Positions 9,911 to 18,562 of a stretch of 64,000 bases of DNA are shown one piece after another. Numbering within the stretch: the first letter of the stretch is position 1; each line of letters begins with the position of its first letter. The notes beneath the pieces were generated by a model, which saw only the letters and a program-made list of their open reading frames with translations, was not told the origin of the DNA and did no database searches. The translations under genes were made by a program, and so were the position numbers. This DNA comes from a virus (Duplodnaviria; Caudoviricetes). Where the stretch lies: IMG/VR virus record IMGVR_UViG_3300046009_000910, positions 129 to 64,128 of that record, one strand, 5' to 3'.

Positions 9911-10158
9911 TTTATTTTCCTAAACCGAGCCGCTTTTTTAGCCACGCTTTTAGGTTGCGCAACAAACTGCTTTCCGGCTGCTTTACCGGCTCGCTTGGCA
10001 CGGGTTGTGGCGGCGTACTCTTGGGGGCTGAGCGCTTTGATGGCTTTTTCGGGGAGGTATCTTTCCCCGGTGTCCGTTGAGCGTTTGCCGCTTTTGGTGC
10101 GCCACTTTTGGGCTGTCCATGCTTTAAGGCTACGTTGGCTTTTTGCGAGTCCACTCAC
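9907..10158 (-). CDS. Small basic protein
   Basis: QRSLKAWTAQKWRTKSGK...RYLP motif; ATGA-coupled. Confidence 0.7.
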   Translation of the reverse strand: MSGLAKSQRSLKAWTAQKWRTKSGKRSTDTGERYLPEKAIKALSPQEYAATTRAKRAGKAAGKQFVAQPKSVAKKAARFRKIK

Positions 10159-10439
10159 TTATACCCTCCGCCAGCTGCTTTGTACTTCTTGGCAAGCAGT
10201 TGAGCCTTACGTGCCGACCACTGCCCAGCCCCAGTTCCCTGTGTGCTAGAAGCTTTGATCTGATCAAATAGCTTTTTGCGCATACCCGGATTGGTGTAGT
10301 TTCCGGCCTGATTGACCTTCGACTTCACCTTGCCGCCATCAGCAAATTTGGTGAACTTGTCACCGTCTTTGCGAACAGCAGTTTTAGCCTTGGGCATCTT
10401 GGATGGGTTAATTGCCCCCATCCCGCGACTAGCCATCAT
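10155..10439 (-). CDS. Small basic protein
   Basis: FADGG motif; GQWSARKAQLLAKKYKAAGGGY. Confidence 0.7.
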   Translation of the reverse strand: MMASRGMGAINPSKMPKAKTAVRKDGDKFTKFADGGKVKSKVNQAGNYTNPGMRKKLFDQIKASSTQGTGAGQWSARKAQLLAKKYKAAGGGYK

Positions 10440-10750
10440 TACTTACAAGCCTTTTTACCCATGCGCATCTTGGTCATGCCACCGGCTTTCATACCTTTGC
10501 CGCCAGACATAACGACTTGCTTGCCCTTGGTTTTGCCTTTAATGGCAACGCCATCTTTGCTAGGAGCAGCCGTCTTTACAGCGCCCATCTTGGATGCAGT
10601 CATACCGCCTTTTGCATATTTCATTTTAGTACCTTCCTTTTTAGTGAATTCACGACCAACTGACTGAGAAACCCCAACTTTCTTAGCGAAAGCCTTGTTA
10701 TGGGCTACCGCCTGCATAAACTTTTCTTGCTTGGCGGATACGGCGGGCAT
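10439..10750 (-). CDS. Small basic protein
   Basis: MPAVSAKQEKFM; YAKGG and MKAGG motifs; DGVAIKGKTKG. Confidence 0.7.
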   Translation of the reverse strand: MPAVSAKQEKFMQAVAHNKAFAKKVGVSQSVGREFTKKEGTKMKYAKGGMTASKMGAVKTAAPSKDGVAIKGKTKGKQVVMSGGKGMKAGGMTKMRMGKKACK

Positions 10751-11016
10751 TAGACCATCCGTCCTTTAGTCTTACCACGCTGGGCGCACCCATCAGCACG
10801 GGCAGAAGCAGATTTAACCGATCCACCTTTGGCTTTCTTAATCAACTCTTCCTTGGATTTGTCCGCGTACTCTTTTTCCTGAGTAAAGCCTACTTTGTCA
10901 GCCAGTTTGCTAGCCCCAAGAGTTACCGCACGGACGGCTCTTTTAACCAAAGGCATGTCATCGTCAACCTTGGTTTCACGAATCATTTTCGTGCGTGTTG
11001 ATTCTTCAGCCATCAT
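10750..11016 (-). CDS. Small basic protein
   Basis: KAKGG motif; RADGCAQRGKTKG. Confidence 0.7.
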   Translation of the reverse strand: MMAEESTRTKMIRETKVDDDMPLVKRAVRAVTLGASKLADKVGFTQEKEYADKSKEELIKKAKGGSVKSASARADGCAQRGKTKGRMV

Positions 11017-11259
11017 TTACCTCGCTTCAATAAGCCGGTCAATTTTTTCTTCAAACTTGTTAAAGCGCCCATCAATGTAGCGTTCAAGCTTTTCAATTTC
11101 TGCTTTAGTGACGTTATCACGGGTCACCTCCAGTTTAGTGTCGTTTAACATTTTTTCTAACGAATTTAGCTTGTTGTTCTTTTCCCATGCAACAAACCCT
11201 GCCACACCTACTAAAGCAGACAATACGCCAGACCAAGAAAACAAAATCAACTGTTCCAT
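11017..11259 (-). CDS. Small membrane-anchored coiled-coil protein
   Basis: N-terminal hydrophobic helix followed by a heptad-rich segment. Confidence 0.6.
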   Translation of the reverse strand: MEQLILFSWSGVLSALVGVAGFVAWEKNNKLNSLEKMLNDTKLEVTRDNVTKAEIEKLERYIDGRFNKFEEKIDRLIEAR

Positions 11260-11260
11260 A

Positions 11261-11515
11261 TCAACACTTCCATGCCCGCAGGCTCTTGTTGATACGGCTG
11301 TTTGGGTCGTTAGCTGTTTTGGCTGAAGTTAGCTTCTTCTTCATGCCTGTCATGCGAGCGCAGAAGGATTTCTTACGTGAGCCACCCTCGGGTTGCGGGG
11401 CTTTTAAGCCGGGTTTACCGGGGTTGGCTCGATTGTAAGAAGCCCGACCTTTGGCGTTTAAGCCGCCTTTCGGGTTTTTGCCTTCTTTGCGCTGCCATGC
11501 AGGAGTCTTAGCCAT
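11261..11515 (-). CDS. Small basic protein (SFCARM type)
   Basis: AWQRKEGKNPKGGLN.KGR, SFCARM, SLRAWKC. Confidence 0.7.
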   Translation of the reverse strand: MAKTPAWQRKEGKNPKGGLNAKGRASYNRANPGKPGLKAPQPEGGSRKKSFCARMTGMKKKLTSAKTANDPNSRINKSLRAWKC

Positions 11516-11795
11516 AGAACACCGTAATCGAAGTTAAGTCCGTTACGTCAGCGTAAACGCTGGTTTCACAACGAAGTCCTTCAGCAGGAATAACGACGTT
11601 AAACGGCGCAGGTGTCGTACTGGCAGGCCAGCTTGACTGAAATACTGTTGTGCCGCCTGTGCCGCCATCTTTTATAACCAGCGAACCTGCTGTTGTGGCA
11701 GGAGAAATTAATATCCCCCGAACACGCGCAGGCCCACCAAAGATGTCCCCGTCATTAGTACGATACGTACTTTTTACGTCCGTCTGCATACCCAT
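11508..11795 (-). CDS. Small virion protein
   Basis: RBS AGGAGG; beta-rich sequence ending TVFYG. Confidence 0.65.
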   Translation of the reverse strand: MGMQTDVKSTYRTNDGDIFGGPARVRGILISPATTAGSLVIKDGGTGGTTVFQSSWPASTTPAPFNVVIPAEGLRCETSVYADVTDLTSITVFYG

Positions 11796-11808
11796 ACGGG
11801 CCTCCTAA

Positions 11809-12309
11809 TTAGACGCTTTGTTGACCGAGTAATGGATCAGTTACGTAGTAAATGATCTTTCCGGCAACAGTACCGCCAGTAGGCGCATCGCCAGTATTTG
11901 CACCGCCGGTAATGTATACCAGATCAGTTGCAGACATTACGGTTCCTAAAGAAGTACCCGTACCAGAATCACCCCACACTACTTGCTTTTTACCTGCATC
12001 AGCAGCGTAGTTGTCGATTAAACCGGTAGGAGTTGCTGTGCCTGAAGTATAGGTGGTGAAACCCATATCCATCGTTGGCGTAGATCCACCAGTACCAAGA
12101 GCGTTAAATTGAATTGCTGTAATAACAGCGCCTGCTGGCAGAATAACTGCAGGAGCGCCAGTAGCAGAAGATGTTTTAACAGTAGTAGTGTTTACAAGCG
12201 TTGGGTCAAAATAAAATTCTGCAACCATAACGCCAGAACCACAATAAGCAGTGCGAGTTTGATCTCCACCGCCAGAGCGCCAAATGCTTTGGGTAGTTGA
12301 AAGTGCCAT
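11809..12309 (-). CDS. Capsid decoration-like structural protein (start revised to ATG 12309)
   Basis: GAGGA RBS precedes the ATG at 12309; LPAGAVI motif; directly after the capsid gene. Confidence 0.6.
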   Translation of the reverse strand: MALSTTQSIWRSGGGDQTRTAYCGSGVMVAEFYFDPTLVNTTTVKTSSATGAPAVILPAGAVITAIQFNALGTGGSTPTMDMGFTTYTSGTATPTGLIDNYAADAGKKQVVWGDSGTGTSLGTVMSATDLVYITGGANTGDAPTGGTVAGKIIYYVTDPLLGQQSV

Positions 12310-12392
12310 ATTGTCCTCGTGTAGTAGCACATCGCCTTGGAATCTCTACTAAGTCTGCTGGGTCAGTTTCCAAGGCTGGGAATCCCCAGTCC
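12310..12392 (-). ncRNA. Structured RNA downstream of the gpT-type capsid gene (probable Mu-gpT-DE-like element)
   Basis: Hairpin CUGGG/CCCAG; 8-bp stem CCUUGGAA/UUCCAAGG; loop UAGUAG complementary to CUACUA beside the RBS (pseudoknot). Confidence 0.55.
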
Positions 12393-12400
12393 TATTAAGC

Positions 12401-12429
12401 GTTTTACTCTTGTTTTGGGGACGTGTCAA
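12401..12429 (-). promoter_or_regulatory. Sigma70-type promoter TTGACA-N17-TAAAAC
   Basis: Consensus -35 with 17-nt spacer, just downstream of the capsid terminator. Confidence 0.6.
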
Positions 12430-12469
12430 GCTTAGATTTACTCTGCATTTGCTGCATTGCACAAAAAAC

Positions 12470-12500
12470 AGAGTAAATAAAGGGGGCCGAAGCCCCCTTT
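12470..12500 (-). terminator. Rho-independent terminator after the major capsid gene
   Basis: AAAGGGGGC-TTCG-GCCCCCTTT followed by ATTT on the minus strand. Confidence 0.8.
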
Positions 12501-12514
12501 ACCGGTTTTAGGGA

Positions 12515-13423
12515 TTAAGCTCCCTGCGAGCCGTAAACACCGAGCGGATCAGACCAGCCGAAGCTGTAACGCTCACGTGCCTTGTAGCGCACGTTACCGG
12601 TGTCGAAGTCTCCGTCCATGGAATTCTGCAACGGCGTACGAATGAAGTGCTTCAGGCCGTTAGGAACATCCGTGGTCAGGAACCAAGCATCAGGATCAGT
12701 CAAGAAGTGGTTGATCGCATAGCCTTCAGGGATCGAACCGTTGTTCTTGAGTGCGTTGATGTCATTGTCGTTCGTGCCGACGCGGAGTTCAGTCTCCAAC
12801 AGACGGGTTGCCACGAACTGCAATGCAGGCGGAATAATCAGCTTGCGGGGCTTAGCTGCGATCAGCAGGCCACGCTCATCCGTCCAAGCAGCGATCTGAA
12901 TGACAGCAGCCTCAAGAGCCGTTTCGTTCAGGTCAGTTGCTACCGTTGGGATGTTGCTGTTGGTTCCACCAGAAACAAGGGGGTGCGAAGCCGAGAACAG
13001 AGCCACGTTGTCGCCACCGGGGTAGCTAGACGAGAAGCCGTTGTTCAGGACTGAAGCAGCCTTAACTTGCTTGGTGTAAGACATGGCACGTGCCAAAGCC
13101 TTGGTGTAGCGAGCGGACAACGAATCATACAGGTTGTCTTCGATTGCCTCTTCCGTGATGGAGAAGCCCAAAGCAATAGTTTCGTGCGAATACCGAGCCG
13201 TAAAAGCTTCCTGTGCGTTGTCATAAGCGATGGCAGAACCTTCGTTTTTGACTGGTGCAGCAGAAAAGCCGGACAGCTTGGTTTCTTCTTCAAACGAACG
13301 CTCAGAGGTCTCGGTTTCGTAGATCTCTTTGTGTTCTTCGCCGTAACGAGCGTACTCAAGACCGAACAATGCGTTCAAGCCCGGGAGCAGCTCTTTCAGT
13401 AGTTGTGCGCGTGAAATAGCCAT
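12515..13423 (-). CDS. Major capsid protein (Mu gpT-like, HK97 fold)
   Basis: MAISRAQLLKELLPGLNALFG, ALGFSITEEAIEDNLY, DFDTGNVRYKARERYSFGWSD; strong RBS and downstream terminator. Confidence 0.9.
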   Translation of the reverse strand: MAISRAQLLKELLPGLNALFGLEYARYGEEHKEIYETETSERSFEEETKLSGFSAAPVKNEGSAIAYDNAQEAFTARYSHETIALGFSITEEAIEDNLYDSLSARYTKALARAMSYTKQVKAASVLNNGFSSSYPGGDNVALFSASHPLVSGGTNSNIPTVATDLNETALEAAVIQIAAWTDERGLLIAAKPRKLIIPPALQFVATRLLETELRVGTNDNDINALKNNGSIPEGYAINHFLTDPDAWFLTTDVPNGLKHFIRTPLQNSMDGDFDTGNVRYKARERYSFGWSDPLGVYGSQGA

Positions 13424-13433
13424 TTAGTGCTCC

Positions 13434-14075
13434 TTATTTACCAAGTACGTTGTTGTAGGACTGATAGCCAAAGTTGAATTTGACGATCACTTCCGGGTAC
13501 ACCACGTTACCACTCGAAACATAAGAGGTAGCGGGCACCAAATCAACGATACGGAACGGCAAAGCTGAAGTTGTGTTGCTGTAGTAAATACCAGTCTGGG
13601 CGTTGCCATAAGTAGTATTTGCTGTGTTCAACACCAGCTCAACGTTAGTACCGAGGGCGGTCTGTTGCACGGGGGCAATAACAAGACCAGAAGCATCAGC
13701 AGTGTCACCAACAGACGCAACTTGATACAGCGCATCGGGATCATCACTGATATAAGCAAACGCATCAGTAACGCCAGAAGCAAACCCGGGCCAGTACTGG
13801 CTGTAGGTAGGCTGCTTAGTTGTGGGGTTGGTGTAGCGGCATCCAAGGAATACACCCAGAACACCAGCAACAGCGGAAGTATTTGCTGCTAGAGCCGAAG
13901 CAATTACAGTACCGCTTGTGTCCAGCTGAACTACTTGACCGTTGTACAGCGCGGTGTTGTAGTTAACCGAAGCAGTAGTAATAGCAATTTGACGAGTAGC
14001 ACCAGCAAATACCTGACCACCGATCAGATTGATCGGCTTCAAACCATATGGTTTGTCAACGGTAGGATATGCCAT
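13434..14075 (-). CDS. Capsid-associated (decoration/minor head) protein
   Basis: PYGLKP, GVFLGCRYT, DDPD motifs; immediately upstream of the capsid gene. Confidence 0.65.
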   Translation of the reverse strand: MAYPTVDKPYGLKPINLIGGQVFAGATRQIAITTASVNYNTALYNGQVVQLDTSGTVIASALAANTSAVAGVLGVFLGCRYTNPTTKQPTYSQYWPGFASGVTDAFAYISDDPDALYQVASVGDTADASGLVIAPVQQTALGTNVELVLNTANTTYGNAQTGIYYSNTTSALPFRIVDLVPATSYVSSGNVVYPEVIVKFNFGYQSYNNVLGK

Positions 14076-14094
14076 TTAAAACTCCTAAAAAGGG

Positions 14095-14568
14095 TTATTT
14101 AGAACCAGAACCAAACCCGACACCCTTAGTTACAGACGTTTTCTTTTCGCTGAACAAAGGCATACGGGCATCGCTTGACCTCATGAAGTTGTTATCAACA
14201 GACTCCATTTGGGCTGTGGCTTGTCGGTTGTAGTACTGGTTGCGTGACTCAGCCAATTCTTCTGGCATTGAACACAGCATCAGACCGCCAATCTCGACAT
14301 TGCCGTTTGCATTACCTTGCAGTAGCAACTCGGGATAATCCGAAGCGCTAACTGGTTCCCATCCTTCACGCATCTTTTTGGATACGTTAGACGCGTGTGA
14401 CTGACCAAGAAGCTCAGTGGCTACCCACCGAAACTTAAGGCCCGGACGCGGGTCTGGGTTGGGGAGAGTGCTTGCTGGTCGATAAACCATACGTGCATCG
14501 CTCTCACGTGTTTGAAGGTTTCTAGGTTTGCGCTCTTGCGCACCATCACGACTAATTCTTTCAGACAT
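14095..14568 (-). CDS. Head-module conserved protein
   Basis: FRWV, REGWEPV, IGGLMLC..P, RNQYY motifs. Confidence 0.65.
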   Translation of the reverse strand: MSERISRDGAQERKPRNLQTRESDARMVYRPASTLPNPDPRPGLKFRWVATELLGQSHASNVSKKMREGWEPVSASDYPELLLQGNANGNVEIGGLMLCSMPEELAESRNQYYNRQATAQMESVDNNFMRSSDARMPLFSEKKTSVTKGVGFGSGSK

Positions 14569-14570
14569 GG

Positions 14571-15524
14571 TTAGGACTCCGAGTTAAGTTTAAGTACTTC
14601 ACGAGCATACTGTTCATTGGTAAGGTTTAGCCGCTTGGCTAAAGCTTCTTGGGTTTTGGTCAATTTGACCCCCACCTTCTTACCTGCAGTACGAGTTGGA
14701 GCAGCAACAACGGTTGCCGGACGTTTCGGTTCCCTCCGCGCCTCACCGAAATAATCGGGAAACACTTCACGCATGCGAGCGTCAATTCGCTCGTAATAGG
14801 TGTCAGTCCGAGGATCAACACCATTTTCGACCAGCTTTTTATGCACAGCCAGCGCGAGACTGGTCATCTCATCATCGTTCCCGAACCACTGGTTACGGGA
14901 CTGCCACTTCGCCGCTTTAGGGTCGTATGTGGCACCAGATTGCTGTTGCGTTGGTTGACTATATACATCAGTCTCAGGGATTTGTAAAGCACTAGGTTTA
15001 AAAGATTTTGCTTGCTCCAATCGGTACCGAGCCGCAGCCAGTTCTTCTTGCGCTGCAATAATCTGATCGGTGTCGTAGGTTTCCTGAGCTTCCTTGAGCT
15101 TTTGACGGGCGAACTGCATCTCCATCTCAGCCTTCTGGGACGCCATTTCCGTATAGGTCTGGGCGCCTTGGTTGTAGGTTTCCCGCAAACGCTTGTTTTC
15201 TTCCAGTAACTGCTGGGCGATACGAGTAGCTTCTTCACGTTCCCGAAGCGCCGCTTCTTTGGCGCGACGCTCATCGTGGCGGGCATGACTCAACTCCTTA
15301 ATCCGCTTTTGGACTTTGTCGCTGTACTCTGCGACTTCATCATCCGACGGATCCTCAACCTCACGGTCCAAAGGCTTGCGCCCACGGTCTTCTGGCGGCG
15401 TGTCGTCCACAACCTCCAGTTCGATGTCGGATTCTTCAGAAGTGGACTCATCCACGCCAGCACTGGCTTGGTTTTCTTCCATCTCGTCAGGGAACTTAAA
15501 CTCTTCTTTATCGTTAGTTGCCAT
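14571..15524 (-). CDS. Putative scaffolding protein
   Basis: Acidic N-terminus and long coiled coil; W..RN.WFG motif; lies between portal and capsid. Confidence 0.65.
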   Translation of the reverse strand: MATNDKEEFKFPDEMEENQASAGVDESTSEESDIELEVVDDTPPEDRGRKPLDREVEDPSDDEVAEYSDKVQKRIKELSHARHDERRAKEAALREREEATRIAQQLLEENKRLRETYNQGAQTYTEMASQKAEMEMQFARQKLKEAQETYDTDQIIAAQEELAAARYRLEQAKSFKPSALQIPETDVYSQPTQQQSGATYDPKAAKWQSRNQWFGNDDEMTSLALAVHKKLVENGVDPRTDTYYERIDARMREVFPDYFGEARREPKRPATVVAAPTRTAGKKVGVKLTKTQEALAKRLNLTNEQYAREVLKLNSES

Positions 15525-15536
15525 TTTTAACTCCTA

Positions 15537-15908
15537 TTAAGCGCGGGTATAACCGCGTGGATCTTCAACAACCGCCTCAATTTGATCGTCATTGAGTAAG
15601 CGGAACTCACGTCCGTGGATTTTGAAACGTGTACCGGAGTAAGCCCTAACTAACACAAAGTCACCTTCTTTACACCACGCCCCGCTGGGGAACTTGGCGG
15701 TGTCTTTGTACGCGTCGGGACCAACACCCACTACGAAAAGAACAGTGGTGCTGTGTTCTTCGATCTTGGATATGGACTCCGGTTTAAGCAGGTCCGTACC
15801 ACTAAACCTGTCTTCTACTTCAGGAACGGCACACAAAATCTTCCAACCTTGCGGTTTGGGGAGTTGTGTGGCTTTTTGGTCAATTGCTTCTTCAGCCATC
15901 GTTGTCAT
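15537..15908 (-). CDS. groES: GroES-like co-chaperonin (start revised to about 15908/15899)
   Basis: LPKPQGWKIL, VVGVGPDAY, KEGDFVLVRAYSGTRFKIHGREFRLLNDDQIEAVV match the Cpn10 pattern. Confidence 0.8.
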   Translation of the reverse strand: MTTMAEEAIDQKATQLPKPQGWKILCAVPEVEDRFSGTDLLKPESISKIEEHSTTVLFVVGVGPDAYKDTAKFPSGAWCKEGDFVLVRAYSGTRFKIHGREFRLLNDDQIEAVVEDPRGYTRA

Positions 15909-16095
15909 CTGATTCCTCAGCTCTCTTTGCAAGGTCGAGTAAGTGAGACTCCGCAAGCGCCAGACCTTGAATGACGCCGCAGAGTTTTTGGTACTCCTCA
16001 AAAGTGCGACATGCCCCACCAGCGCAATCATCTGCGTAGTTATTCATGTCGTCCCGAATCTTTTTGCGTAGAACGTCTACGAACGAGTTAATCAC
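15892..16095 (-). CDS. Small conserved protein downstream of the portal
   Basis: EEYQKLCGVIQGL motif; overlaps the portal stop. Confidence 0.65.
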   Translation of the reverse strand: MINSFVDVLRKKIRDDMNNYADDCAGGACRTFEEYQKLCGVIQGLALAESHLLDLAKRAEESDDNDG

Positions 16096-18551
16096 TGTTT
16101 GCTACCTCCTTTAGTTTTAGATCTGTTTAGCCGCAGGGTGCTGTGCGATTTGGCTATGTCAATGCCTGTTCGGGCACTTTCTAAGTCAAACCTAGCCTCT
16201 GCTTCTTCCTGTTTCATACCCGCCATCTCAGCCTTCAACACCAGTTCCCCGGCTTTAAGCTGCGCGTCAGTCTGCATTTGCTGGGCTTTTAGCTGGGCAT
16301 CCATCTGATCCTTGGCAGCTTTGCGCTGGATCTCTGCCTGCTGTAGGCCAAGTTTCTGCATCTCCACCTGCATGACCGGATCCTGCATCTGCTCTTGAGC
16401 CTGTGCTTGGGCGGCTTCGGACTGATGTTGCGCCAATACAATCTGAGACCCTTCCGCCACCATACGTGACAGCTCCACCTCAGCCTGCTCCGGCAGCTTC
16501 TCATCTGGATGTGGCAACGGAACCCCGATGGCATCCTGAACCTGACGACGGTATGCAAAGGCCAAGTGCTCGGCAATATGTGCCTGCGCTGCTGCCATAA
16601 TCTGAGTAGCCATGGGTGACTGCCCAATCATTGCCTGAATAGACGGATCCTGAATTAAGTTCGTATGTGCCGTGATGTGGGCGTTGTGATCCTGATACAT
16701 AAACGCCTTGACTGGCTTTAGCCGCAGCATATTCATGTTCTCTGACAGGGGGTCTGTAGGCTTCTCGTCATCAATGCTTGGCACCAGCTTGGCTACGTTC
16801 TTAATACCCAGCACTTCCAACATCTGTCGGTGGAGCGCAGGGATGTCGTACACCTGTGGGGCTTGTTGCGAGAGCTGCAGCACAGCTTGATACTGCACAA
16901 TCCGCTGAGACATCGTCGCCGCGTTGGGGTCTGATACGGGGATAACTTCGACCATGTTGTAGTCGCTAGCCTTAGCCCGTGGCTGCCCATCTTCCGGCTC
17001 GTAGTCATAGCTGTCATCCGTGTAGTCCCGAATGATCGCAGCAAGGAGCTTTAACTCTTGCTTAAACGCGTAGTGGACCCGAGCCTGAACTGCCGACATA
17101 ACCTTGAGCATACGCTCCAACAACGCCAGCGTCGTACCCACCGGAGCCTGCGCGGACATATCGCTGATCTTCATGTCAGCCGTAGCGGCAAACCGACGGC
17201 CTTCGTCAACGATGGTGTTCAATAAGTTATAGAGCGTCTGGCTTGGCTCTTTATATGGCAGAGGCAGGATGTTGTCCCGAATAGCACCGGAGCCAACGTC
17301 TACGTCTCTAAACTCACCCGGAGCAATTGGGGTGTCGTCGCCCTTAATTCTTAAACCACGACTCTTTAAACCACCCGGCAGGTTAGAAAGCGTACCAGCG
17401 TCTACCAGCTGACGAATGATGCTCGTTGCAGACTTGGCAAACCCACCAATTAAGTGGAACAGACCAAAGCCATACACACCGAACCCGGGGATGTAGACGT
17501 AGTGAACGAAGTGGTTACGCTTTTGTTTGGTCTCATCATCTTCGTAGAAGTTGCGACGGATAGCCAGAATCTCACCGGTACCCTCCAGCACTGTGACTAC
17601 GTACGGCAGCGCGATGCCTGTTGGCTCCCCATCTTCCTCGTCTTCGTACCCATCAAGATCAAGGTTTACGTGCATTTCATAAAGGATATAGCGGTCATCA
17701 TTTAGGCTACTGATCCCTGTTTCTTTGTCCTTACGTTCTTGAATCTCATTTTTCTGCCGTGGTGGGTCTCCAAGTTCTACATCGCGGTAAAACCCCGCCA
17801 CCTGCAGTTTACGGATCTCGTTCTTAGTCTTGTACATCCGGTGCGTTACACGCTCGGCAGTCTCAATAGCGCTGGCGCCATAAGAAATGATTACGTCTTC
17901 GGCTGGCACAAACACAGACATCTGACGCTGCTGTGACGGATCATAGTAGACCTTCTTAAACGCCGAACCCGTAGCTGGTAGGTTCCACAACATGCGCTCA
18001 TGCTCACTACGAAACTCTGGCATACGCTCAGTCAACTCGTAGTTCATGTCTTCTTTTACACGCTGAGCAGCTTCATCTTTCTCTTTGGTCTGCTTACCGA
18101 TGATCTTTGTCTTAACTGGTCCCTGCGCAGGGAAAGTCTCCATGATCGTCTCTGATTGGAAACGCACCACAGCTTCAGTGATCATTGGGTGGAACACACC
18201 GCAAGCGCCGTTCCATGGCTCCGTGCGCTCCTCGTACTTAAGACCAAGCAAAGTCAGACCTTGTTTATACGTATCTTCCCACTCCTTACGAGACCCCATA
18301 TCGGTCTTAATATCTTCCAGCAAATCAGAGCCAAGCGTATCCAATTCGCCTTGTTCAATTTCTTCAGCGAGGTTTGCATAGAAATCTTCGTCTGCTTCTC
18401 CCGGCTCAATCTCAATTTCCAACCCATCGGCACGAATACGTACGGCTTCAGGATCTTCGATCTCAATTTCAATATCTGGCTCACCTGCCATTTGCTGAGC
18501 CATTTCTTCGATACCCACAGGCATCTGCGTTAGTGCTTTATCTACTGCCAT
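16092..18551 (-). CDS. Portal protein
   Basis: 819 aa after TerL; HPMITEAVVRFQ, GSAFKKVYYD, FGxYGFGL, Q-rich helical C-terminus typical of podovirus portals. Confidence 0.85.
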   Translation of the reverse strand: MAVDKALTQMPVGIEEMAQQMAGEPDIEIEIEDPEAVRIRADGLEIEIEPGEADEDFYANLAEEIEQGELDTLGSDLLEDIKTDMGSRKEWEDTYKQGLTLLGLKYEERTEPWNGACGVFHPMITEAVVRFQSETIMETFPAQGPVKTKIIGKQTKEKDEAAQRVKEDMNYELTERMPEFRSEHERMLWNLPATGSAFKKVYYDPSQQRQMSVFVPAEDVIISYGASAIETAERVTHRMYKTKNEIRKLQVAGFYRDVELGDPPRQKNEIQERKDKETGISSLNDDRYILYEMHVNLDLDGYEDEEDGEPTGIALPYVVTVLEGTGEILAIRRNFYEDDETKQKRNHFVHYVYIPGFGVYGFGLFHLIGGFAKSATSIIRQLVDAGTLSNLPGGLKSRGLRIKGDDTPIAPGEFRDVDVGSGAIRDNILPLPYKEPSQTLYNLLNTIVDEGRRFAATADMKISDMSAQAPVGTTLALLERMLKVMSAVQARVHYAFKQELKLLAAIIRDYTDDSYDYEPEDGQPRAKASDYNMVEVIPVSDPNAATMSQRIVQYQAVLQLSQQAPQVYDIPALHRQMLEVLGIKNVAKLVPSIDDEKPTDPLSENMNMLRLKPVKAFMYQDHNAHITAHTNLIQDPSIQAMIGQSPMATQIMAAAQAHIAEHLAFAYRRQVQDAIGVPLPHPDEKLPEQAEVELSRMVAEGSQIVLAQHQSEAAQAQAQEQMQDPVMQVEMQKLGLQQAEIQRKAAKDQMDAQLKAQQMQTDAQLKAGELVLKAEMAGMKQEEAEARFDLESARTGIDIAKSHSTLRLNRSKTKGGSKQ

Positions 18552-18562
18552 GATTTAGTCCT

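Noticed and set aside
15909-16031. N-terminal extension of the GroES ORF in the track
   Set aside because: Overlaps the coupled 67-aa gene; a GAGGA RBS supports a start near 15908/15899.
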